64,000 nt of DNA from an uncultured Chloroflexia bacterium (GTDB lineage: Bacteria > Chloroflexota > Limnocylindria > Limnocylindrales > CSP1-4): contig CAWBQS010000003.1 in assembly GCA_963790915.1 (NCBI GenBank), positions 1,451,711 to 1,515,710 of the forward strand, read 5' to 3'. The notes beneath the pieces are model-generated. The model worked only from the letters and a program-made list of their open reading frames with translations. It ran no database searches and was not told where the DNA came from. Of the stretch, positions 1 through 11,777 are shown in pieces. Position 1 is the first letter of the stretch, and every line of letters starts with the position of its first letter. A program made the translations under genes and the position numbers.

Positions 1-14
1 TCCGCGACGAGCGG

Positions 15-845
15 GTGGAGGTCGTCGACATCTCTCTGCCGCCGCACCTTCACCGCGAGGTCGCCGAGGCCGCCTTCGCCGCCGGCAAGCACGTCCTGCT
101 GCAGAAGCCCATGGCCGCCACCCTGGAGGATGCGCGAGCCATCGTGGCCGCCGCCGACGTCGCCGGCGTCAAGCTGGCGGTCAACCAGAACGGGCGTTGG
201 GACCCGGCCATCCGGGCCTGCCGCACGCTGCTCGACCGCGGTGTCTTCGGCACCCTGGTGACGGCCTCGATCGAGATGCGCACGCGCCAGCCCTGGCAGG
301 GCTTCTGGACGGACGGCGACCACTACCCGCGCCTCATGCTGCTGGGCATGTCCATCCATCATCTCGACCAGTTCCGCTACCTCTTCGGCGAGCCCGAGGA
401 CATCACGGCGGTCACGGCGACCTACCCCGGGCAGCCCTGGGTCGGCGACAGCATCGCCCTCTACGTGCTCCGCTACCCGGGTGGCCTGCTGGCGACGGCC
501 TTCGACGACGGCTTCCCCTGGACGCGCGACTGGAGCGAGCACTACCGCATCGAGGGTCTCGACGCCATCGCGCGGGGCACCATCGGCTGGCCCACTGGTG
601 ACTATTCCACGCTGGAGTGGACGACGCGCGAGCGGCCCGATACCTGGATCAGCCCGGCCTTCACCCGGAAGTGGTTCCCCGACGCCTTCGCGGCCACCAT
701 GGGCGAGCTCTTCCGCGCCATCGAGACCGACACGCAGGCGAGCATCTCCGGCGCGGACAACCTGCGCACCCTGCGCCTGGTGGAGGCCGGCTACCGCTCG
801 GCAGCGGAGCGACGCAGCGTGCCGATGGCCGAGATCCCCATCTGA
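15..845 (+). CDS. Gfo/Idh/MocA family oxidoreductase (5' truncated by window edge)
   Basis: GKHVLLQKPMA motif, AVNQNGRWDP, HHLDQFRYLFG. The frame is open to the window start. Confidence 0.85.
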   Translation: MEVVDISLPPHLHREVAEAAFAAGKHVLLQKPMAATLEDARAIVAAADVAGVKLAVNQNGRWDPAIRACRTLLDRGVFGTLVTASIEMRTRQPWQGFWTDGDHYPRLMLLGMSIHHLDQFRYLFGEPEDITAVTATYPGQPWVGDSIALYVLRYPGGLLATAFDDGFPWTRDWSEHYRIEGLDAIARGTIGWPTGDYSTLEWTTRERPDTWISPAFTRKWFPDAFAATMGELFRAIETDTQASISGADNLRTLRLVEAGYRSAAERRSVPMAEIPI

Positions 846-970
846 GGAGTGGCGGCGAGAGGCTGTCGGAGTCGGTGCCGACGCCTGGAGGCGCCGCCCC
901 GCGCACTGCCCCGCTCACGCCCGCGGCAGGCACAGCCCCGTGCAGCCCGCGGGCAGGGCGCAACCCCTTG

Positions 971-1259
971 CGGCCAGATCGCACTCCCCGTGGCCTTATC
1001 AGCGTCCGACGCCAGGGTCACGGGCCGGCGCGAGCGTGGAGGGCGGCGCGTGAGCGGGTCGGGAACGGGGATCTCGGCCAGATCGCACTCCCGGTGGCGT
1101 TAGGCCGATGGGGGCCACCTGTCCGGGCCGAACGCCACCCCCGGTAGGATCTGGCCGTCTCGGGCGGCGGGCCGGCAAGTGACGCCACCACCAGTAGGGT
1201 CTGGCTGCCCAGGACGCCGCGGAGGGCCTGGTCATTGCGCCCCCAATAGGATCTGGCCG
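971..1259. repeat. Cluster of five related 24-bp repeats (2 forward, 3 inverted)
   Basis: cggccagatcgcactccc(c/g)gtggc at 971 and 1075 (23/24 identical). Inverted relatives ending in gatctggccg or gtctggctg start at 1134, 1184 and 1236. Confidence 0.75.
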
Positions 1260-1397
1260 CTTCGGGCGACGGGGAGGGAGGCGACGGGGGAGGGAGACCA
1301 CGGCGGGAGGCAGGTCGCGGGAGGCGACGCCGGCGCCGGGTCGGGTGATGGTGACCACCGGTGTCGGCCTGACCGTCGCCGGGTCGACGGCGGAGGG

Positions 1398-1411
1398 TAG
1401 ACTGTCTAGAC
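1398..1411 (+). promoter_or_regulatory. Putative -10 (TAGACT) overlapped by palindromic operator GTCTAGAC
   Basis: tagactgtctagac lies about 110 bp upstream of the binding-protein gene. GT-N-TA-N-AC resembles GntR/HutC-type operators. Confidence 0.4.
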
Positions 1412-1522
1412 GATCCGCCCCAGGGACCCGGCGGGTCGCCGCCATGAGCGTAGGAGGACGCCGCCACCGAAGAGCCGGAGCGGTGCCCAAGGAGAGGGGC
1501 CCGGAACGAACAGTCCGAGTCA

Positions 1523-2491
1523 ATGGAGGAGCTCAACTCGATGATCAACCGACGCTCTCTCGTGGCGTTTGGTGGGAGCCTGCTGCTGACGCTGACGCTC
1601 CCGCTCGCCGCCGCCGCCCAGGACGAGGCCAAGACGTTCTACTGGATCTCGCACGGCGATCCCGCCGACCCGGTGTGGACGTACTTCCTCGACGGCGCCA
1701 ACCAGTGGGCGGCGGACACCGGCAAACGTGGTCAGCACGTCGTTCCACAGCAACGACGTGGCGCTCCAGCAGGAAGCCATCCGCTCGGCCATCGCGGCCG
1801 GCGCGGCAGGCATCGTCACCAGCAGCCCCGACCCGGGCAGCCTGGTCGAGCTCGCGAATGAGGCGCATGCCGCTGGCATCCCCATCATCAACATCAACAC
1901 GCCCGACCCGACAGTCGAGTTTCGATGCCTACGTGGGCACTGACAACGTGGTCGTCGGCCAGCGCTGGGCGCAGTACCTGGTCGACGGCGGCTACGTCAA
2001 GGAAGGCGACTTCGTGTGGATGCCCGTCGAGGTTCCTGGCGCCACCTACGGCGTCCAGGAGGAAGAGGGCGTCGCCAGCGTCTTCGAGCCGCTCGGCATC
2101 ACGTGGGAAGTCACGGACGCGACGTATGAGCAGGCCGACCGTCATCGACGAGATGACCAACTACCTGACCGCCAACCGCGACAAGATCACGGCCATGATC
2201 GGCCTGGGCGACCTCGTCACCGGCAGCGTCCAGCGCGTCTGGGACCAGGTCGGCGTCGCCCCCGGTGAGATCCCGGTCGTGGGCTGGGGCAACTCGGTCG
2301 ACACCGCCCAGGAGATCATCGACGGCTACGTCCTCGCCGGCATGTGGCAGGACCCCCAGATGACCAGCTACCTGGGTCTCAGCCTTGCCGCTGCAGCCTC
2401 CGCTGGCATCCCGCCCGGGTTCGACATCCTCGTCGGCGCCCTGTATGACAAGGAGACCGCTCCCGTCTACCTGGACGTGATGAGCCAGTAG
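1523..2491 (+). CDS. Sugar ABC transporter substrate-binding protein (frameshifted)
   Basis: Signal peptide, then SHGDPADPVWTYF. Periplasmic binding protein type 1 pieces are spread over ORFs 1523, 1728 and 1925. Confidence 0.8.
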
Positions 2492-2498
2492 CAGCAGC

Positions 2499-2577
2499 GC
2501 GGCCGGGCTCGGTGTCGCCCACCGGCCCGGCCGCATCACTCGGTCCGGAGCGGCCGGCACGCTCGTGCCGGCCGCTC
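2499..2577 (+). terminator. Two tandem GC-rich hairpins after the binding-protein gene (terminator or mRNA stabiliser)
   Basis: gcggccgggc...gcccggccgc (2499-2534, with an inner cggtg/caccg stem) and a perfect 13-bp stem gagcggccggcac-gctc-gtgccggccgctc (2548-2577). No U tract. Confidence 0.55.
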
Positions 2578-2637
2578 GCGTGACAGCAGGCATGCAGGCG
2601 TGAGGATAGACATGGGCCAGGCACGAGCGCGGCTGCG

Positions 2638-3680
2638 ATGAGCGACGCCGTCATGACACCCAAGGCGCCAACGACCTCCGGAACGGTCGGCCGGCGCTTC
2701 CGCAAGGTCATCAACCAGCCGGAGGCGGGTCCCCTCGCCCTGCTCGTCGGCGCCATCATCACGTTCACGCTGCTCAACGCCACGTTCGCTTCCATGCTCA
2801 ACGTCGGCAATCTGCTGGCGTTCACCCCGGAGCTGGGCATGATCGCGCTGGCCATGACGCTGCTCATGACCGCCGGCGAGTTCGACCTCTCGGTCGGCTC
2901 CGTCTTCGGCTTCGCGCCCGTGGTCATGTGGTTCGTCTTCAACGAGGGCATCGCCTCCGCTCGAGGTGGGCTTCCTCATCGCCCTCGGCATGGCCGTGCT
3001 CATCGGCCTCGTCAACGGCCTCTTCACGACGCGCCTGCGCATCCCCTCGTTCCTCGTGACCCTGGGCATGCTGCTGGTCGTGCGTGGCGTTGCCCTGCTC
3101 ATCACGCAGGGCTTCCCGCAGCGCACCTGGAAGGCGGAGGGGGCCATCCTCTGCCGAGATCCTCGTCGGCGACTTCATCGTGCCGACGCCGTGGGGCGAC
3201 CTGAAGCTCTACATGTCGGTCCTCTGGTTCACCCTGTTCGCCGTCATCCTGGGCTACGTCCTCATGGCCTCCAAGTGGGGCAACTGGATCCAGGCCGCCG
3301 GCGGCAACCCCATGGCCGCCACGGCGCGTGGTGTCCGCGTCGCCCGCACCAAGGTCGTCCTCTTCGTCCTCACCGCGGTGCTGGCCGCCTACTCCGGCAT
3401 CACCAGCTCCATCCGCGTCAGTGCCGCCAACCCCAACAGCGGTGACGGCTACGAGCTCGAGGTCATCGCCATGACCGTCATCGGCGGCACGGTCCTCTCC
3501 GGCGGCAAGGGCACCATCATCGGCACGATCATCGGCGTGCTGCTCCTGCGCGTCATGCGCAACGGCATCGTCATGGCCGGCGTGGACGCCCTCGCCTACA
3601 AGGTCTTCATCGGCGGCATCATCCTGGGGATGATGGCCCTGCACTCGTTCATGGCCCAGCGCCAGCGGGCGGAGGCCTAG
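2638..3680 (+). CDS. Sugar ABC transporter permease (RbsC-like, frameshifted)
   Basis: GEFDLSVGS, RIPSFLVTLG, AAGGNPMAA and YELEVIAMTVIGG motifs across ORFs 2638, 2966 and 3084. Confidence 0.85.
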
Positions 3681-3682
3681 CC

Positions 3683-4597
3683 ATGCCTGAAGAGCTCATC
3701 CGGGTCGACCACGTCTCCAAGTACTACGGGCGGGTCCAGGCCCTCGACGACGTCTCGGTCACCATCTACCGCAACGAGATCGTGGGCCTCCTGGGCGACA
3801 ACGGGGCCGGCAAGTCCACGCTCATCAAGGTGCTCTCCGGGGCTGTGCCGTTGACGCGCGGCGCCGTCTACATCAACGGCCAGAAGGTGAGCATCCAGTC
3901 CACGAACGACGCCATCGCGCACGGCATCGAGACCATCTACCAGGATTCGGCGCTGGTGAACCAGCTCTCCATCGCGCGCAACCTCTTCCTGGGTCGCGAG
4001 CCGATCAAGGGGCCCCGCCTCCTGAACCGCATGGACAAGGGCTTCATGGACGACGCCGCCCGGCGGCTCATGCGCGAGGTGGGCATCACGAAGGACATCC
4101 CGCCCAGCACGGCAGTGTCAGCCCTCTCCGGCGGCGAGCGCCAGGCGGTGGCCATCGCGCGGGCCATGTACTTCGAGTCGGAGCTCATCATCCTCGACGA
4201 GCCGACCAACAACCTGGGCGTGGCGGAGACCCAGGGCGTGCTGCGGTTCGTGCGCAACGCGCGCGACTCGGGGCACTCCTGCATCTTCATCGCCCACAAC
4301 ATCCACCACGTCTTCCAGGTGGTGGACCGCATCATCGTGCTGCGCCGCGGCAAGGTCGTGGCCGACGACATCGACCCCAGGAAGACGACCATCGAGGCCG
4401 TCGAGCGGGTCATCACCGGCGAGATCCCGCCGGTCGACGGCGACCTCCCGGCACCCGCCGATGTCGCCCTCCGCCGCCGCGGTCGCTGCCGAGGCACAGC
4501 CGCTCCAGTAGGTCCCGGCCGCGCGGGCGCGCCTGCGACGCGGCCCTGCCCAGCGGCATCGTCACGGGCCGATACGCCTGGTGGCCTGCCGCGCTGA
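3683..4597 (+). CDS. Sugar ABC transporter ATP-binding protein (single domain; true 3' end probably earlier)
   Basis: Walker A GDNGAGKST, signature LSGGERQ, Walker B IILDEPT. Confidence 0.88.
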   Translation: MPEELIRVDHVSKYYGRVQALDDVSVTIYRNEIVGLLGDNGAGKSTLIKVLSGAVPLTRGAVYINGQKVSIQSTNDAIAHGIETIYQDSALVNQLSIARNLFLGREPIKGPRLLNRMDKGFMDDAARRLMREVGITKDIPPSTAVSALSGGERQAVAIARAMYFESELIILDEPTNNLGVAETQGVLRFVRNARDSGHSCIFIAHNIHHVFQVVDRIIVLRRGKVVADDIDPRKTTIEAVERVITGEIPPVDGDLPAPADVALRRRGRCRGTAAPVGPGRAGAPATRPCPAASSRADTPGGLPR

Positions 4598-4671
4598 TCC
4601 GGCAGGCCGGTTCCGCGCCCTTCCTCGCACCGCCAGAGCCGGATGTCCTGTCGCGCCCCTGCCAGACAGCC

Positions 4672-4735
4672 TTGACAGTCGGATGGTGGCGTGTAGGCTT
4701 GGGTTCACTAGCAAGAACATCGTTTTATCTAGTGA
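4672..4735 (+). promoter_or_regulatory. Sigma70-type promoter with downstream inverted-repeat operator
   Basis: TTGACA (4672-4677)-N16-TAGGCT (4694-4699), then TCACTAG-N17-CTAGTGA (4705-4735) in an AT-rich patch. Confidence 0.6.
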
Positions 4736-4911
4736 TACAGACTCCCCCGACGAACCCGCCGATCCATACCTGCCAGATCACCTGCTAGTGGGAGGTGTCG
4801 CCTGACGATAGGTCGAACGGATGGGAACCACGATGATCAGGGTCTCCAGCCAGGAGACTTCGCGCGTGGAAGATGCTCTCAGAGCATCAAGGTAGGAGGG
4901 AACACGAACCG

Positions 4912-5958
4912 ATGTTCAATCGCAAGCACACGGTCGCCCTGGCGGTCGCTGGCGCGCTGCTGATCGCGGCGCCCATCGGTGCGCTGGCCCAGGATGCGGC
5001 GTCCGACACCAAGGTCGCCAGCGTCGCCGGCGGCCCGCACCCGTTCTTCGATCCGTGGGGACCCGGGACCGAGGCAGCCGTGGCGGACTTCGGCTCTGGC
5101 CGGCGGCACCTACGAGTTCCCGCCGGCCTGGGAGCTGACGGCTCAGAACGACCTCGTCGAGACCCTTGTGGCCCAGGGCTACAACGCCTTCACCATCTTC
5201 CCCGGTGACGCCAACGCCACCAACACCCTCATGGACGAGCTGAAGGCAGCACGGCATCCCCAGCGTCTCCGCTGGTGGCTGCACCACGCGAGCCGTCCCC
5301 GGCAGCGTTCTGCCTCGCGACCGACGTGGGCAACTCGGCCTACATCGGCACCACAGACCTCATCGAGGCCATGGGCGACATCTGCACGGTCGAAGATCCC
5401 TGCCAGATCGTGCACATCGCCAGCCGACTCGTCGACCCCAACACCGAGGCCCGCATCGCTGCTGTCGACAAGCGCGTCGCGGAGTCCAACGGGACCGTCG
5501 AGGTCTTCCAGCACCTCACCGACTCCGATGACCAGGAAGCCGCGACCGAGAAGGTCGGTGGCATCCTGGCCGCCAACGGACCCGATATCGACGGCATGAT
5601 CAGCGTCGCCTACGTCGGCTCGTCCGTCGCCGCGACCCTGCTCAAGAACATCGGTGACGGCCGCATCAAGTTCGTCGGCATCGACGACGACCAGGCTGTC
5701 CTCGATGGCATCCGCGACGGCTACGTCGTGGGCACGATGTCCCAGAACCCCTACGGCCAGGCCTACATCGGCGCGTGGGTGCTGGACAAGATCCGCCACG
5801 GCTGCACGGTCAAGGAGGGCGCTCCCTGGTTCCTCGACACCGGGACCTTCCTCATCGACCAGTCGAACCTCGACACCTACCAGGACCAGCGCGTCCAGAT
5901 CACCAATGACATCCTCTCGACGTTCGAGGAGCAGTACCTCGACTGCCCCGCCGCCTAG
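4912..5958 (+). CDS. Sugar ABC transporter substrate-binding protein 2 (frameshifted)
   Basis: Signal peptide MFNRKHTVALAVAG..., GPHPFF, FVGIDDD and GTMSQNPYGQ across ORFs 4873, 4979 and 5275. SD ggagg upstream. Confidence 0.8.
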
Positions 5959-6013
5959 GGACACGGTCCTCCTCTGAAGCCAGGCGCGTCCTCGCCTGGC
6001 ACCCAGTCACCGA

Positions 6014-6056
6014 CCGGCGGCCGCCTCTCGACCTCGTTGGTCAAGGTGGTCGCCGG
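6014..6056 (+). terminator. GC-rich hairpin after the second binding-protein gene
   Basis: ccggcggccgc/gtggtcgccgg forms an 11-bp stem with G-U pairs, plus an inner stem. Confidence 0.4.
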
Positions 6057-6098
6057 CCGGGACCGGGATGAGCGAAGCCAGCAGCGGAGCCAACGAAC

Positions 6099-7089
6099 GT
6101 GACCATCGACCGTGCAGGACTGATCAACCTCTGGGATCGCTTCGGCCTCCTGGCCCTCGTCCTGGGCTCCTGGTTGTTCTTTGCCTCCACCGCAACGGGC
6201 TTCACCTCGGACTTCAACATCAACGCGTTCAGCCGAAGCGTCTCGATCTGGATCGTGGTCGGCCTGTCGCAGATGGTCGTCCTGGCCATCGGCCAGATGA
6301 ACATCTCCGTGGGCGCCATCGGCGGCGTCACAGCCATGATCCTGGGCTGGCTGCTGCAGGCCTGGGGCCTGCCCTGGCCCGTCGCGGTCCTGCTGGGCAT
6401 CCTTGCGGGCGGAGCCCTGGGCGCCATCAACGGCGTCATCATCGTCACGACCCGCATCAACGCCTTCGTGGTCACGCTGGGCACGGCGAGCGTCTTCACC
6501 GGCCTCATGTACATCGCCACCAAGGCTGACGCCTTCCGGGCGCTGCCCGCGGACTTCATCAGCCTGGGTCGGGCGCGCCCGCTGGGCGGTCTGCCCATCT
6601 CCTGGCTGGTCATCGCCATGCTCGCCGTCGTCGTCGTGCTGTGGCTGCTCTACCGCGGCACGACGCTGGGTCGGCAGATGCTCGCCACCGGCGCCAACCA
6701 GCGCGCCGCGCGGATGGCCGGCGTGCCCACCGACCGCATCATCGTCGTCACGCACGCCCTCTCGGGCGCGCTGGCCGGCACTCGCCGGCATCATGCTCGT
6801 GCTGCGCCTCGGATCGGCCATCCCGTCCATCGGGGAGGAGTTCCTGCTGCCCTCCTTCGCCGCCCCGGCCATCGGCGGCACGCTCCTCTCGGGTGGTGTC
6901 GTCTACGTCTTCGGCACGCTCCTCGGCGGCCTGCTCATCGGCACCATCGAGAACGGCCTGAACCTGCTCAACATCCCCAACTTCTGGGTGCAGCTGGCGA
7001 CCGGCCTGGTGCTCCTGCTGGCGGTGCTCATCGACCGGGCGCGCACCGTCGTGGTGGCACGCAGCCGCGTCGTGAGGGTCGCGGCATGA
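6099..7089 (+). CDS. Sugar ABC transporter permease (frameshifted)
   Basis: GQMNISVGA, RINAFVVTLG, ATGANQRAARMAG. The C-terminus is in ORF 6403. Confidence 0.85.
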
Positions 7090-8097
7090 CAGCTCTGACG
7101 GCGACGCTCCGCAAGACCGTCGCGCCGGTCAGCGGCCATCCTGGCTCGGCCTCCTGGGCGTCGTCGGCCTGGTGATCGTCCTCCTGAGCCTGCTGCAGCC
7201 GAACTTCCTCGTCGGAGTTCAACCTCTACACGGTCACCTACAACGTCGTCCCTGGCCGTCATCATCGCCTTCGCCCAGATGGTCGTCGTGGCCACGGGCG
7301 GCATGAACCTCTCGATCGGTGGCATCGGCGGGCTGTCGGCCATCATCGCGGCCGGGCTCATGCAGTCGTACGGCTGGCCCATGCCGCTGACCATCCTCGT
7401 CGGCCTTGCGGCCGGCATCGGCATGGGCGCCATCAACGGCTGGCTGACGGTCAAGACCGGCATCAACCCGTTCATCATCACCCTTGCCACCCTGGCTGCC
7501 TATACCGGCGCCATCTACGGCATCACCAGCGCCAACCCCTACTACTCGATCAACAAGGACTTCATCGACTTCGGCCAGGCGCGCGTGGGTGTGCTGCCCT
7601 ACAGCACGGTGTTCACGGTCATCGCGGTCGTCCTCGTGGCAGTCCTCTTCTACCGCGTCCTTGCCGGGCGCTGGATCCTCGCCGTGGGAGGCAACGCGCG
7701 CGCGGCGGAGGTCATCGGCGTGCCCGTGGGCCGGGCCATCCTGATCGCGCACGTCCTCTCCGGGTTCCTGGCCTCCGTGGCCGGGCTGCTGTGGATGTCA
7801 CGGCTGCAGATCGGGGTGCCCACCATCGGTGAGAAGGGCTGGCTCCTGCCGTCCTTCGCCATGGTCGTCATCGGCGGCTGTGTCCTGGAAGGGGGCGCCA
7901 TCTCCATCATCGGCGTCGTGCTGGCCGCGGTCCTGCTGGTGGTCATCGAGAACGGCATCCTCATCAACCGGGTCGATCCATTCTGGGTCGAGTTCCTCAT
8001 GGGGCTCCTGATCCTGATCTCGGTGCTCATCGGCCGCGTGAACCGCGAGTCATTCAGCCTGCATCGGTTGCGTCACGCCATCAGGGCGACACGCTGA
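7086..8097 (+). CDS. Sugar ABC transporter permease (frameshifted near 5' end)
   Basis: [36 protein letters not shown] overlap with the upstream permease. Confidence 0.85.
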
Positions 8098-9741
8098 TGG
8101 ACGAGGAGACAGTCGTGGATCGTGAGGAGGACTCCGCAGCCCCGGCGACCCAGGCAGTCGCCACGGCGGTCGCAGAGCGACCGCTCGGTCCGCCGGCCAG
8201 CCAGGACGGCGCGCACCCCCTGCTGGACGTCCGCGATCTGAGCAAGGCCTTCCCGGGGGTCCAGGCGCTCAGCGGCGTCTCGCTGTCGCTGGACGCGGGC
8301 GAGATCCTGGCGCTGGTCGGTGAGAACGGCGCCGGCAAGTCCACGCTCATCAAGATCCTGACCGGGCTGTACCAGGCCGATAGCGGCAGCATCCAGATCG
8401 CCGGTGAGCCGGCTGCGCCGCACTCGCCCCAGGACGCCATCGCGCGCGGCATCGCCGTGCGTGCCGCAGGAACGCAACCTCATCCCGCGCTTCAGCGTCG
8501 GCGAGAACATCTACCTCGACGCGCCGCCGAGGGTCCGCGGCATGATCGACTACGACAAGGTCCACGAGGATGCCCGGCGCTGGCTCGACCTGCTGGAGCT
8601 GGATGTCGACTCGCGCTCCCCGGTCTCCAAGCTGAGCGTGGCGCAGATGCAGCTCGTGGAGATCGCCCGGGCGCTGTCGCACGAAGGTCGCATCCTGCTG
8701 CTCGACGAGCCCACGGCGTCCATCACGCCCGCGGAGACCGCGACGCTCTTCCGGGTCCTGCGGCGGCTGCAGCGACCACGGCGTGGGCATGGTCTTCGTG
8801 AGCCACAAGCTCGAGGAGGTCTTCGGGCTCTGCGACCACATCAGCGTGCTGCGGGATGGCAGGAACGCCGGCCCTCAGCGGCCCGCAGGCGAGCTGACGC
8901 GAGAAGACGTCATCACGCTCATGGTCGGCCGTGAATCGATCGCCCGCGAGCTCCCCGAGCGCCATTCCCAGAAGACCGGCACCGCGCTCGAGCTGCGCGG
9001 CGTCTCCACCGCCTGGGGTGCGCACGACATCGACCTCAAGGTCGACTACGGCGAGATCGTGGGGCTCTACGGGCTGGTCGGGGCCGGCCGCACGGAGCTT
9101 GCCCGGGCCATCATCGGGGCCGACGAGATCGTGGCCGGTGAGGTCCTCGTGGCAGGGCAAGCCGGCTCACATCGGCAGCGTCTCCGAGGCGCTCGGTCAC
9201 TATCGCATCGGCTACGTGTCCGAGGACCGCAAGGAGGAGGGTCTCATCCTCATCCACTCGGTCCTGCGGAACATCACGGTCACCGTGTGGCACCGCCTGC
9301 AGAACGCCTTCGGCTGGATCAGCCACCGCCTCTGAGAAGGCCAAGGTCCAGCCCATGGTCGAGCGGCTGGACATCAAGGCGCCGTCCCTGAACACGGTCG
9401 TCAGCAGCCTGAGCGGCGGCAACCAGCAGAAGGTGAGCCTGGCCAAGTGGCTCACCGCTGGCGTGGACGTCCTCATCATCGACGAGCCCACCGTGGGCAT
9501 CGACGTCCGCACCAAGGGCAACCTGCATGAGCTCATCTGGGAGCTGGCGGGCCAGGGTCTGGCCGTGCTGCTCATCTCGAGCGACATGCCGGAGATGGTC
9601 AATCTCGCCGACCGCATCGTGGTCATGCGCGACGGTCGTTTCGTCGGCGAGCTCGACAACGACCGCGTCTACGACGACACCAGCCAGCGGATCATGAGCT
9701 TCATCCAGTCGGTCGACCGCCCGTCCAGCGACCCCAAGTAG
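8097..9741 (+). CDS. Sugar ABC transporter ATP-binding protein, two ABC domains (RbsA/MglA-like, frameshifted)
   Basis: [22 protein letters not shown], then [17 protein letters not shown] and [10 protein letters not shown]. Confidence 0.88.
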
Positions 9742-9757
9742 AGACAGGAGGTATCAC

Positions 9758-10850
9758 ATGCCCATCCAGCCGTTCGAGAAGGTCAAGCTTGGCCGCACTC
9801 CGCTCCGGGTGACACGGCTGGGCTTCGGCATGGTGTCGCTGGCCGGCATCTACGAGCCCGTTCCCGACGAGCAGGCGGCAGCCGTGCTGGACCACGCCTG
9901 GGACCTGGGCATCCGCTACTACGACACCGCCCCGCTGTACGGCTACACCCTCGGTGAGCGTCGCCTCGGCAAGATGCTCCAGGGCCGCGATCCGGCTGAC
10001 TACACGGTCACGACGAAGGTCGGGCGGCTGATGATGCCGCTCTCGCAGTTCGATGCGCATCCGGAGTGGGAGCGCGACTGGCAGGCGCTCGGCTCCGTGC
10101 GATGCGCGGGACGAGATCGGCGAGACCCGACGCCTACTACATCAGCCGTCCTCAACTTCCGGCCCGTCTACGACTACAGCTACGACGGCGTCATGCGCTC
10201 GGTCGAGCACAGCTTCCAGCGCCTGGGCATCGATCGCATCGATGGTCTCTGGATCCACGACCCGGACAACCACTGGGAGCAGGCCATCGGTGGCGCCTTC
10301 CCGGCCCTCGCCAAGCTGCGCGAGCAGGGTGTCGTGTCGTCCATCGGTGCCGGCATGAACCAGGCCGAGATGCTCGCCCGCTTCGCGCGGGAAGGTGACT
10401 TCGACGCCCTCATGTGCGCCGGTCGCTACACGCTGCTCGACCAGATCGCCATGGACGAGCTGCTTCCCGATCTGCCAGCAGAAGGGCATCGCCATCGTCA
10501 TCGGCGGCGCCATGAACAGCGGCCTGCTCTCCAACCCGACGGCCAACTTCCACTTCAACTACGGCCCCGCACCGCAGGAGTGGATCGACAAGGCGCTGGC
10601 CATCCAGGGCGTCTGCCAACGGCACGGCGTGCCCATGCGGGCGGCGGCGTTGCAGTTCCCGTATGCCCATCCGGTGGTGGGCTGCCTGGTCGCCGGTGTG
10701 CGCACCATCCCGCATCTCGACGACACCATCGCCAACCTGACCTTCCGCATCCCCAACGACCTGTGGGCGGAGCTCAAGGCCGAAGGGCTCCTGCGCGAGG
10801 AAGCGCCCACGCCGGACGTAGACGCCTCCGCGCCGGCCGCCGGCGCCTAG
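9758..10850 (+). CDS. Aldo/keto reductase, D-threo-aldose 1-dehydrogenase/L-fucose dehydrogenase-like (frameshifted)
   Basis: DTAPLYGY, TTKVGR, DYSYDGVMRS, WIHDPD, SIGAGMN and AGRYTLL. The C-terminus is in ORF 10395. Confidence 0.8.
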
Positions 10851-10868
10851 GGCACGGGAAACCGACCG

Positions 10869-11730
10869 ATGGCCATCACCGTCGACGCGCACCACCACTT
10901 CTGGGACACCACCAGTGGCCGCTTCGATTACTACTGGATGGGCGATGACCTGGCTGCCATCCGGGGCGTTCGCGGCCCGGACCAGCTGCGTCCGCTCATC
11001 GCCGAGCGTGGCATCGACCGGACCGTGGTCGTGCAGACGATCCCGAGCCTCGAAGAGACGGAGGGCTTCCTGGCCACGGCCGCCGCGACCGACTTCGTGG
11101 CCGGCGTGGTGGGCTGGGTCGACCTCACCGACCCCGCCGTGGCCGACAGCATCGCTCGAATGCAGGCGCGCCCTGACGGGCGATGGCTCGTCGGCATCCG
11201 CCACCAGGTCCACGATGAGGCGGACGCGGAGTGGCTCCTTCGACCGGAGGTGCAAGCGCGGCCTCAAGGCTGTCGGGCAGGCCGGCCTGGCGTATGACGT
11301 CCTGGTCCGTTCTCGGGAGCTGCCGGCAGCGCTGCAGATCGCCCGCGCATTCCCCACCAGTCGGTTCGTCGTCGACCACATCGCCAAGCCCGACATCAAG
11401 GCCGGCGAGATGGAGCCCTGGGCCTCGCGCATGGAGCCGCTGGCCGCCTGCCCCAACGTCTGGGTCAAGGTCTCCGGCATGATCACCGAGGCCGACTGGG
11501 AGCACTGGACACCGGATGACCTGGTGCCCTACGTGCAACGGCTGCTGTCATGGTTCGGCCCCCGGCGGCTGCTCTTCGGCTCGGACTGGCCGGTCTGCAC
11601 GATCGCCGGCAGCTATGCCCAGGTCGTGGATGCGGCGGTCTACGCGCTGGGCGACCTCACCGACGACGAACGCAGCTGGGTCTTCGGCCGCAGCGCCGTC
11701 GCAGCCTACCGGTTGGACGAGAGCGGCTGA
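10869..11730 (+). CDS. Amidohydrolase_2 family protein, L-fuconolactonase-like (frameshifted)
   Basis: VDAHHHFWD, VVGWVDL, GIRH, VVDHIAKP, VKVSG and FGSDWPV. Confidence 0.82.
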
Positions 11731-11777
11731 CGCATGCCCATGCCTCGTTCGCCCGGTCCGCTCGAAGGAGGGAGAGC

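Noticed and set aside
971-1259. CRISPR array
   Set aside because: The repeats switch orientation, are degenerate and irregularly spaced, and no cas1, cas2 or effector genes are present.
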